A stretch of DNA of 64,000 nucleotides from contig CM082577.2 of assembly GCA_040954595.2 (NCBI GenBank), forward strand, positions 16,685,903 to 16,749,902, in the 5' to 3' direction. The notes beneath the pieces are model-generated. The model was given only the letters and a program-made list of their open reading frames with translations, searched no databases and was not told the DNA's origin. Made by a program: the position numbers and the translations under genes. This stretch comes from Balanoglossus misakiensis. Its lineage: Eukaryota; Animalia; Hemichordata. Positions 27,884 to 36,908 of the stretch are shown piece after piece; the first letter of the stretch is position 1, and every line of letters starts with the position of its first letter.

Positions 27884-29299
27884 TTAGATCCTGTACAGAC
27901 GGCGGGCGTTCTCGGCCGTCTGCGCCAGCAGCTGTCGAGTGGATGTTCCACGCAGCCTCGCCATCTCCAGTGCCACGTCTCCCAGGAAGGCTGGGGTGTT
28001 CATTCGTTGTGTCTCCCACACACGTCCGCCGGGTGATTTCGTTTCCACCAGGATTCGGTCTTCCGGGATGGCCTGCATCGCCTCTATCTGACGTTTGTCG
28101 AACTGGCGGACGGCCGCCGAAAACCCAAAATAGGTGTCCGGAAAATACCGCCGCCAGTCCCCCACGGTTTCCATGCACCCTCTAAAATCCCGGAGATGGA
28201 TTTGCTGGCGTTCATCGCAATGACGGGTTATAGTGAGCAGAGTCCAGGCTGCCGTGTGCCTGTCGTACTTATCAGCGGAGGTTCCCCGGGCGGTGACTAC
28301 CACCGGCTTCCTTCCCGGGTTCATGCAGAGCAGATCTGCAAATACTCTGTCCTGGGCTTCCCAGGTGGAGGGGTCTTCGGTTCTCTCCAGGCCGATGTCC
28401 CCAAGTGCGGCCACGTCCGGGTGCCGCAAAAGTTCCCCGACGGTCTGGCGCTGGTCACTGGTCAGATAAGGTGCCACTCGGGGGTTTATGCCGATGGCCA
28501 TTGGAAATCCTTCTTCGGCTCGGAAAACACTCGCAGACCCCCCGAGGAGTCGTATGCGGTAATCGGGAGGAACACCAACATCGTAGTCAGTGAGGTCATT
28601 TATGGTGGTGGGCGCGTCTTCCACCCTGCACTCCTCCGCGCACGCTTGAGGATGGAAACACGCATCGAAGCCCCCAGGCATTGGTGGGTCCCGCGCTACT
28701 GCTTCCGCCCTCGTCCTTTCTGGTTGCTGTGTCCAGGTTGATGATTGTCTCCGGTGAGGTCGGATTTCCCGGAACTCTTCCTGGCGAGATTGGGACACCC
28801 ACCTTAGCAGTATGCTCAGGACGCGCCAGTGGATGAGGATCGCTGGTGTGGTGGGGGAGCTCAGCCGGAACTTGTTCGGCACCTCCCATCCCTGGACAAT
28901 GCACAGGCGTTTCATCATCACCATAGACTCTGGTGAACACAAGGATTCCGAAGGGATCCGTTCAGGTCCGCCCCTGCGGATAAAGAGGTCTAGCAGGTCA
29001 GGTATTTCCTTTCCGGGACCACACAGCCAGTAAGTAAGCTTCCCTAACGCCTCCGCCACATCCCGCTCGCGGAAAACTTCCGGCTTCTCGATAAAAGGAA
29101 CTGGAAGGTGGCACTGAAAGACGTGCTTCTTCAGCTTGCGCGTGGACATCTGGCATCCCGGGAATGGACACGGAGAAGGGCCTGATGAGTAGTGTGGACC
29201 AGGGGGTGGGGGCTCCTTCGGGTCGGCCTGGCGCTCCTCCAGCGGCGTTCTGTTTGTTTGGGCGGTTCCGGCGTCGGATACCGGATAGGTGATCGACAT
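27884..29299 (-). CDS. C2H2 finger + unknown domain + TatD-fold protein with substituted active site
   Basis: 471-aa ORF: CPFPGC..LKKHVFQCH, PTTPAILIHWRVL, then DACFHP, GINP, LGDIGLE, VVTAR, LRDF, ILVETKSP, TAENARRLY. Confidence 0.85.
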   Translation of the reverse strand: MSITYPVSDAGTAQTNRTPLEERQADPKEPPPPGPHYSSGPSPCPFPGCQMSTRKLKKHVFQCHLPVPFIEKPEVFRERDVAEALGKLTYWLCGPGKEIPDLLDLFIRRGGPERIPSESLCSPESMVMMKRLCIVQGWEVPNKFRLSSPTTPAILIHWRVLSILLRWVSQSRQEEFREIRPHRRQSSTWTQQPERTRAEAVARDPPMPGGFDACFHPQACAEECRVEDAPTTINDLTDYDVGVPPDYRIRLLGGSASVFRAEEGFPMAIGINPRVAPYLTSDQRQTVGELLRHPDVAALGDIGLERTEDPSTWEAQDRVFADLLCMNPGRKPVVVTARGTSADKYDRHTAAWTLLTITRHCDERQQIHLRDFRGCMETVGDWRRYFPDTYFGFSAAVRQFDKRQIEAMQAIPEDRILVETKSPGGRVWETQRMNTPAFLGDVALEMARLRGTSTRQLLAQTAENARRLYRI

Positions 29300-29736
29300 C
29301 TGGGGCTGAGGTCTCCCCAGCGCGAATGGGATGGTCGTTCACGAGGCGACCGGGTTGGGGATCTGGACCTAGTAGGGGGGCTGAGAAATTGTGGGAGATC
29401 CCAGGGGATATCGTATTCCCCCGCCTCCAGCGTCTCCTCCAGCGCTAAAGGCCGGATCAGTGGCTGCAGTGGCATAGCTATGTCGGATGGTGCAGGCAGG
29501 TGAGCTTTGACCTTCTCCTTTCCGTAGACCCGTATGGCCTCCTCCCGTGCGATGGACATCCACCCTATGTCTCCTATGACGGCGGCTACTTGGAAATGCT
29601 CACGGAGCATCACAAACATGGTGTCTTCGTCCACGCCGAGTTGCCTCAGTCGGGGGATGACACTGATGGGGTCCAATAATTTCCCCCGGCCGCAGCGATA
29701 ACGAATATCCTCTACTTGGCGTTGTCTAGAATCCAT
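29131..29736 (-). CDS. ORF-A of the 3' cassette (unknown domain plus Arg/Ser/Pro-rich linker)
   Basis: VEDIR..GKLLDPISVI and GDIGWMSIAREEA resemble IEDVR..RRLLGPREVI and GNWGWVFTIQREA of 36267-36908. Confidence 0.6.
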   Translation of the reverse strand: MDSRQRQVEDIRYRCGRGKLLDPISVIPRLRQLGVDEDTMFVMLREHFQVAAVIGDIGWMSIAREEAIRVYGKEKVKAHLPAPSDIAMPLQPLIRPLALEETLEAGEYDIPWDLPQFLSPPTRSRSPTRSPRERPSHSRWGDLSPRCRSPIRYPTPEPPKQTERRWRSARPTRRSPHPLVHTTHQALLRVHSRDARCPRAS

Positions 29737-29997
29737 TCTGGGGGCAAAAAGAAAAGAAAGAAAATTAACGGTTAGTGGGTCCTCGTCTGTAACGAGTCAT
29801 AGCCCTACCTGATGGCAATTTCCCCTTTTCCCTGTGTTCCCTTGCTCGTCGATTCCCTCCCCCACGCAGTTCGGACAGTGAAAGGGGTCAGTCGATTTCA
29901 ATAAAAACGTACTTTACCTTACTTAACATCTCTACCTTAGCTGGTAAATAGAGGGTTTAGAAATGATGAACGAATTTTGAAAAAAAATCAACGTTAC

Positions 29998-31436
29998 CTA
30001 TAATTGCTTCAACCGTCTCCTCGTCAAGTTTAGGCTTTGGTGTGACGTCATTCAAACAATTTGCTACTGTACCTGATAAAGTGTGGCTGGCCATCATAGT
30101 TCTGTCAAACACTGATATCAAGTCCATTGTGTATTTTCTTGCATCAGCAGTGTTACACCTTGATAGTCTTTGCATGGACACTTTGGTTTTCCCAAAGGCT
30201 ATGAACTGAAATTGAGAGAAAAACAATATTCTAACCTTAAACAGAGCTCTTCATAAAATTATGAAATTATATAACATAACAAATCAAGGCTATTTAAGAA
30301 ATGCTCAGAACTCCTTTCAAAGAAAATTCATTCTTCTGATGATTTGTAGCTATACAAACATGTTACTTTAGAGTAAAACAGTCTTAAGTCATCATGTGTG
30401 CATAGGTGTATACGTGTATGAGCAGTGTCCACCATTGTCATTATTCACAAATGATTTTTTAAATGGATATGAATTCATGAATGTAATATTTTTCACAATG
30501 TTCTCACTGCAATTCTGAATCTGAACATAAGACTAAAATGTAGTGTGAAAATACTGCAAATAGAAACAGAACATTGAAATCTATTTCCTTTTATCATAGG
30601 CAGTAACATGTTTTTCATTTCCTGTAAATATAAGGTCATATTTTTGTATTCTGACAAAATTCAAATCGGTACCAAATCAATTCTTTCCATCTTTGTGTTT
30701 TCAAATCATCATCATTCTTCACTGGCACTGTTTTGGTAAAAAGGAGAACTGCTTAGTAATAATTTACCCACTGTATCACTCTGGACAGAGCAGGAGAAAT
30801 TTGTATATCATCAAGCTGACATGAAAGTGCTAGTCAACCGAGTGAAATCTGTTAGTTACATGCCGAAAAACTGCACTAAGTTTTCACTTCGCTGTATCAA
30901 ATGGTCCCTGTATATTTATTCACTAAGTAACCTGCCTACACATTTATCAAATCATCAAAATGAGAAATTCTTGTGAAAAGCAACTTAATCAGAACATGGT
31001 ATGAAGAAATGCGAACATTACCTACCTCTCTTGAGGTTTTGTGGATAATGACATCTTCGATTTCTTCTGACTTCTTCTTCGGCGATGTAGTTTTATAGGA
31101 CTTATGTCACTCAGTACCTCCTTTCTTGAATTTTTCTGTTCATCAATAGTAGGCAGCACATGACGTAACCCTAAAGATGGTCAGAAATAACATGTTATGG
31201 TGTTGTTATTTGTAGTGATATGCTGATGGTGTGTTGAACATGCATAAACAGTATGACCAGCACACTGCCAAGGAAAAAAGTTCTATTTCTGTTCAATACA
31301 TATTTTGTCACATCCCGAAAACGTGTCCTTTCTCTTGACATTAACGGATACTTACACTTCAAGGTTGCAATTGTGTCCTGCAAAGCTTTGGTTCTTCGAT
31401 GAACTTCTCTATTTTCTTTCTTTAAATCTTCTACTT
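29998..31436 (-). pseudogene. BEN-domain gene fragment (exon 29998-30205 plus upstream coiled-coil exons)
   Basis: KYTMDLISVFDRTMMASHTLSGT....KPKLDEETVEAII resembles a BEN domain and has AG/GT boundaries; upstream VEDLKKENREVHRRTKALQD. Confidence 0.6.
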
Positions 31437-31832
31437 CATTACCACCGGCCCTTTCCACGGTGGGCATAGCTTCCTACATTTCCCACGATGAGTGGCAGTG
31501 TCAAGTAGATAGACGCAATCTCCTACTTCATATGAATGAACATTGATACGCAGGTCATAGTCTTTTTTTTCATTTTCTCCTGTGTCGTCCACAGGTGTGT
31601 ACAAGCAACACTGTGTGCTTGTTGGACAGCCTCCCCCATGTCGCGTACATACTCTTCTGGAGTCTGGCCGTCTGTCTTCTCAGGAGATCCATATATCATG
31701 TCAGCTGGCTGGTTGACCTCTCGTCCCAACATAATACGGTTTGGGGTGAAACCAGTGCTTCTATTCACTGAAGAGCATAGGGCTTCTGCGATCTGTGGAA
31801 GATGTTTGTCCTACTCGCGCTGGTTTTTACCT
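31437..31832 (-). pseudogene. Gypsy integrase C-terminal fragment (same clade)
   Basis: NRSTGFTPNRIMLGREVNQPAD...GDCVYLLDTATHRGKCRKLCPPWKGP closely matches the integrase at 36817-38490. Confidence 0.85.
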
Positions 31833-32843
31833 AATAGCTTTTTCAACTGTGAGCAAATAATGTTTATGTCTACAGGATCAGTTAGCAGGTCCGCTTTGTT
31901 GATGCTTTTCGAAAAATCTTCAATAACTGAATGGAGAGCATTGAATTTCATGTCACTTATCAGACACTTGCGTTTTAATACCCTTACCAAAACTAACCCT
32001 GCATAAAGTATATTCAAAGTATACTAAAATTTCCAAATATGAGTAGCGATTAAGTACACAGTTAAGGATGTACGCGCAGAACATAAACCGGAAACACTGC
32101 GCGCCTGGTCTTTTTCCCATAAGATTACCGGTACATTGATAATCGCCAGAAAAGCAAACTTCTACTATTGTCATTTTCACGAAATTTTACACATAGCTCA
32201 GTCCAGCAAATATAAATTCATTGGTCAAATAAAATATAGGGGTCACCGCGCTCTATTTTGAGATAAATTGCGTTAAATATTTTGCCCATAGACAAAGCAT
32301 TGGTGAAAAATGCTGAGTCAGCAGATTTCTTCTATTATCGACCAAATTCATGGCTCTGTATTTCATAAACAAGCGCGGTGACCCCTATGTTTTATTGCGG
32401 ATTTTCATTATACATACAAAGGAGAATAAAAAAATCCACAATTAACCCTTTATAGCCTATATAGGTGGCCTCATAAGGGACCCCCCAGGGCCTGAATTAT
32501 TTTTAAGGAGACACTACTAAAACCTATTGTACGTTATATGTGTCACAGAATCTGTTTCTATGACAACTGCCCAAACCTAAATGGGATGTATGTAAAAATA
32601 AGATGTTACATTGTACTTAGGTGTATTGTTATGCAAATTTAGTTATCATTATAACTAAATTACACCGGTGATTATCTTCTTTCTGGCTGCTTTTTTTAAC
32701 TAAAATAATTTAAAACCGTGAATAAAAACTTATTTTACTCACCACTACATGTGTTTCTCCTGCCACTATCCTAGTCTATAGTTTCTTCCTTTTCCTAGCT
32801 AAGTCTCTACCTTCACACTTTGGATCACTGTACTGATAATCCC

Positions 32844-33789
32844 TCATGTAATGGTATCTATGGAAGCAGGGTACTGGGCACATCCTAACTTTGCATCCTC
32901 TACAGAAGTACTTTGTGTCTTTCCTGTTGATGTGTACCTGGCATTTTGATTTGTTTCTGCCAAATCTGGAGACTGCTGCAAATTCCTATCGAACCTGATG
33001 TCATTAATTGGGGCTGTGGGTTTTCTCCCTGGCCTTTTCACGAAAGAACGACCACCGATCAGTTCTTCACACAGCTTACCACGAAACTTTCGTTGAGTGA
33101 TTTTATCCTGAGGGTTTGCTTTCTTGAAAAGAATGAATGCATTCACTACAGACACCTCAAGTAGATACCAAAATATCTGTAGGTACCAGGTAAGTCCCTT
33201 CATATGACGCTTGTAGCTGCCAAGACGTTGGTCCGCCAAATCAACGCGTCCCATGTACTTATTATATCTGCCAATTACTTGGGGTCGAGGTAACTCCTGC
33301 AGTTCCCATGTGCCCCTGACCTTAACTGCCCTTGTTACAGGATCACTCTCTGCTCTGACTGGTAATGTGGTGAGAGCGCTGACTATCCTAGAGTCCTTCC
33401 AACACACAGCTTTCTGCCTGCCTTTCTGCCAAAAGATAAATTCCCCACGACTTCCACGAGTAAGACTTTTCATGACAGGACTTTTCGACTTCATTTCGAT
33501 GGGGAGGCCCTTTCGATTTTGTCTAACTGTACCACAAGCCAACATTTTCTTCTCCTCCAATTTATCAAACAAAGCAGGAGATGTGTAGTAGTTGTCACAA
33601 TACAATTCATATCCTTTGTTGTGATATGGAATTGTTAGTTTCATGACAACATTCTTGGTAACTGACGCTTCAGGAGACTGCAAGTGTGATTCTCGGCCCT
33701 GATAAACCTTCAAATTCAGGATATAGCCAGTGGTAGATTCTGCTACGTTGAACACCTTGATACCCCATTTCGTGGGTTTGTTTTTGATG
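32844..33789 (-). pseudogene. piggyBac (PGBD4-like) transposase, C-terminal half
   Basis: YIKNKPTKWGIKVF, LYCDNYYTS, CGTVRQNRKG, YNKYMGRVDLADQ; frameshifted C-terminal Cys-rich domain. Confidence 0.9.
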
Positions 33790-33793
33790 TACT

Positions 33794-33995
33794 TGTTGTA
33801 AAAGCCGATTGCTTACCTTATGGTAAAATAAAGGATACTGAGTTGTAGGTTGGATAGGTAATTTCGTAGTAGTTTCTAGGAGCTCAGGTTGAAGCGTGTT
33901 GCATGTTGCTGCACTCGTAATAGAAAAGGTCGAACTATTTCCGCCCAAGGGTTGAGTGGGGTCAGTGACGTCATGACAGATGTAGCATCACAACA
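33794..33995 (-). repeat. 3' LTR (PPT TATGGTGGGGAAGAG at 33996-34010)
   Basis: Direct repeat of 43199-43389 with about 6 substitutions and one 11-bp indel. Confidence 0.95.
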
Positions 33996-34365
33996 CTCTT
34001 CCCCACCATATTTTTGAAGGGCGTCGTCTTCTTCCCCCCAAACACCGGGGGATAATACAACATTGAACACAACAATAACAAAAATCGAAAAATAGAAGGT
34101 CCAGCTGGGCTTTACTGGGTATGCCCCACTGGTCGGCCGGTTTGTTTCTTTTGTTCCCCTTTTAGATAAAAATTCCCTCCAGCTGGGCTTTATAAGATAT
34201 GCCCCACTGGTCCATTTGCTGGATTTTTTCCTTTTGTTGAATATCAATTCCCTCTAGATACAAATTTCCCAGGTGGTTCCCGTCCTTCCCCTATATTTGG
34301 CCTTTCTGGTAAAACCCTGGTACCCCCATCCCAAACAGTAGGTTCCAAAATCCCCCTGCCTTCCT

Positions 34366-36372
34366 TTAAAACAGGAATAGGCATCTAGTGTTGTTGGCCG
34401 CGACCTCCAGCAACTCTTCTGCCGCAACCCCTCGCACCTGGGCTGCTTCCCGAGCCACCTCACCCAGAAACACAGGGGAGTTGAATCGCTGACTCCCCCG
34501 CAGGGCTAGATGTGGGGCGTCCGTCTCCAACAGGATTCGGTCCTCGGGAACTTCCCTCAGCGCTTGGGCTTGTATTCTGTCGAAGCAGGCCACGCTGGCA
34601 GAAAAGCTGAAATAGCAATTCTGGAAGGCCTGGGTCCATCTATTTAGGGTGCGTCGGTCCCCCCCCCCCCCCCCGAAGTTGTGCAGCTGGATTGGTTGGG
34701 TTGCAGGGCAGGTTTCAGACACCAGCATCAGGGCCAGGGCATGTACATCGCTGGCGTGTGGATCTCTCCTAGCGCCCCTGATGTGTAGTACGATGGGTTT
34801 GTCTTCGGGTGCTACTTCCAACAGGCATTGGAGGGCTTCCTCCTGCTGGCCCCATTCATGGACTGGTGCGGTCCTGTCCAGGCCTATCTCGCCCATAGCC
34901 GCTACCAAAGGATGGGTTACCAATCCCTTGATCTGCTGCAACAGCTCCTCTGTCATTTTCTTGGCCTTTTTGGGGTGAAGCCCGACCGCAATTTTCCACC
35001 CCGGCTCCCTTAGCAGGATCTTTGGATATTCTTCGGGGTCACAATAAATCTCCACACCTCCCACCACTTCCACTGGCACTTCTGGCTCTCGCCCTGGCGA
35101 CAATTGTAACAGTTCATGGGAAGTGGTGGCTCCTTCACTTCGGGGAGCCTGGGCTCTCATGCCGTCCGGGTGAAAATGAGCGTCTATGGCCTGGGGTAAT
35201 CCCCCGGCTGGTGACGCCACACGGGGTCGGCTAACGTCTGGACTGCCGGCGCTTGCTTGGGACATTTTTCCTCTGGGCCACTTCTTGATAGTCTCCCGTT
35301 CCTCCGGCGACAGGTCTCCAAGGAGCGTGAGGAGAACCCTCCAGTGAATCAGCACCGCTGGTGTGTTGGGCGGTGACAACCGTATCTTTTGGGGTACTTC
35401 CCATCCCATTCGGTGGCACACTCGTCTCATAATTTCTTCATCTTCCGGGAGAATTTTGGATGTCGTCGGAAAACGTCCGAGGCCATGTGTCAGGAAGTAT
35501 TGGAAAAGGGCGACGATGGGCTGTTCCTTCCTCACAAGAAGCTGGGTCAAACCCCCTAGTAAGCCGACGATTGCGTCCAGATCGGCTTTGCGAATCTCTC
35601 CCCGCATGTAGGATGGTAAGTCGCGCTTGTATACGTGCTCCTTCAGCCACTTGGAAGAATGTCCGCAATCCGGTATGGGGCAAGATGATTCTTTCCCTGG
35701 AATCGGACAGTAGGATGTTTTCCCGCGGGGTTGTGGTCGTGGTGCTGCTGGGGCTTCCGCTGCTGGAGGCTTTCCCACTGTCCCCGAAAGGCCAGATGGC
35801 CTCTCTGGGCTTGCTTTCTTGGGTGGCCTCCAAGGCTCATTCTCTGATGGCCTTTTCTCCGGTCTCTCCACCGATGCCGACACTCGGGAGTGGGAGCCTG
35901 CGGATCTCCAGCGCCGGCTCGAACTGCTTTTCCCCTTCCTGCGCTTGGTGGTGGCTGTCGTGGACGCAGGGTGGCTCGGGCTTGGTGTATACCCCGCCGG
36001 TCTTAAGATTAACCGTCTGGGCGGTTCTTCCGTTTCCTCCGTTTCTTCCATCGCCTCGGCAGCCTGCGGATGCCCCGGTTCAGCACCTGGGCTTTCCGTA
36101 GTTTGCCGAAACTCGCTGCAGGTGATGGTACGGATGATGAGCCTTTGTGCCCCGACACTGAGATTCTCGCCGAGCTCGTATGGCGATATGGGCATCTCCT
36201 CCACCTCCCTCTCTTCCGATCGGCTCACGACCATGGAGACTTCTCTCCTATAAGGACCTTCCCCGCTCAGTTGAGCCCTGTCCCCGCTCCAGAGAACCTG
36301 GGGAAACCCCTGGTCCCGCAGAGCTGGGCGGTGGACCCGATGAGCTGGGCGAACTCCACCCTCCGGATGCAA
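34366..36372 (-). CDS. Low-complexity region + C2H2-like finger + unknown domain + TatD-family metal-dependent nuclease
   Basis: IDAHFH, VGLHP, MGEIGLD, PIVLHIR, LHNF, ILLETDAP, AANNTRCLF form the full TatD motif set. True start codon uncertain. Confidence 0.9.
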   Translation of the reverse strand: MHPEGGVRPAHRVHRPALRDQGFPQVLWSGDRAQLSGEGPYRREVSMVVSRSEEREVEEMPISPYELGENLSVGAQRLIIRTITCSEFRQTTESPGAEPGHPQAAEAMEETEETEEPPRRLILRPAGYTPSPSHPASTTATTKRRKGKSSSSRRWRSAGSHSRVSASVERPEKRPSENEPWRPPKKASPERPSGLSGTVGKPPAAEAPAAPRPQPRGKTSYCPIPGKESSCPIPDCGHSSKWLKEHVYKRDLPSYMRGEIRKADLDAIVGLLGGLTQLLVRKEQPIVALFQYFLTHGLGRFPTTSKILPEDEEIMRRVCHRMGWEVPQKIRLSPPNTPAVLIHWRVLLTLLGDLSPEERETIKKWPRGKMSQASAGSPDVSRPRVASPAGGLPQAIDAHFHPDGMRAQAPRSEGATTSHELLQLSPGREPEVPVEVVGGVEIYCDPEEYPKILLREPGWKIAVGLHPKKAKKMTEELLQQIKGLVTHPLVAAMGEIGLDRTAPVHEWGQQEEALQCLLEVAPEDKPIVLHIRGARRDPHASDVHALALMLVSETCPATQPIQLHNFGGGGGDRRTLNRWTQAFQNCYFSFSASVACFDRIQAQALREVPEDRILLETDAPHLALRGSQRFNSPVFLGEVAREAAQVRGVAAEELLEVAANNTRCLFLF

Positions 36373-36908
36373 CTTCCTGGGTTCCGCTGCCGGTTTCCAG
36401 GGTGCGTCGGACGGGTAAGTCTGGTTGCGTCAGTAAGCGGATGTCCCATGTCCCACATACCCCGCTCGGAATATTCCTCCGGTATCGCCATCACCTTCTT
36501 GGGGCGTGGGGGCTGGTGGTCCTTAGCTGGGTTTATGTGCGGCATATTCTGTATGATCCAGGGGATTGGAAACATAACATCCGCTTCCCGTTGGATAGTA
36601 AACACCCACCCCCAGTTTCCCTTGGATTTGGCTACCGCATATTGGTCTAGGAGTGCCTCTTGGGCTTCTCGCTTGGGGGCCATCATGATGCCGTGGATGA
36701 CCTCTCTGGGGCCTAGGAGACGGCGTGCCTGAGTGGCCCGCCGGACATCCTCAATGTTGAGCTTGGGCATGGGTCTTGGCATATTGAATGGGGCTGGGTC
36801 TGCGGACATAAAAATGTTAGGCTTGTTGAGTGCACTGGGGGCAGAAATAGTCCCCCGTGCCTCCCTTTCCTGACTGAATTCCCACACAGGACATATGGAA
36901 CCAGTCAA
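36267..36908 (-). CDS. ORF-A of the 3' cassette, unknown function (likely start MSADP ~36809)
   Basis: Homologous by eye to 29131-29736 and in the same position after integrase. Confidence 0.6.
   Translation of the reverse strand: MTGSICPVWEFSQEREARGTISAPSALNKPNIFMSADPAPFNMPRPMPKLNIEDVRRATQARRLLGPREVIHGIMMAPKREAQEALLDQYAVAKSKGNWGWVFTIQREADVMFPIPWIIQNMPHINPAKDHQPPRPKKVMAIPEEYSERGMWDMGHPLTDATRLTRPTHPGNRQRNPGSCIRRVEFAQLIGSTAQLCGTRGFPRFSGAGTGLN

Larger units (their letters stand above)
27202..29898 (-). mobile_element. 5'-truncated Gypsy LTR retrotransposon, relative of 33794-43389
   Basis: Order on minus: PHD tail (DPFHCPNC, ~29865-29890), ORF-A, ZnF-TatD ORF, PPT, LTR. GC-rich against AT-rich flanks. 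Confidence 0.8.

Noticed and set aside
34366-36372. Bacterial tatD gene or contaminant; alternatively an env gene
   Set aside because: It lies inside a TSD-bounded LTR element in intron-rich DNA with no operon context, and has no signal peptide or transmembrane segment as env would.
35460-36732. Long plus-strand ORFs antisense to the retroelement cassette (also 28196-28741)
   Set aside because: Expected in GC-rich coding DNA; no motifs and no similarity seen between the two elements.
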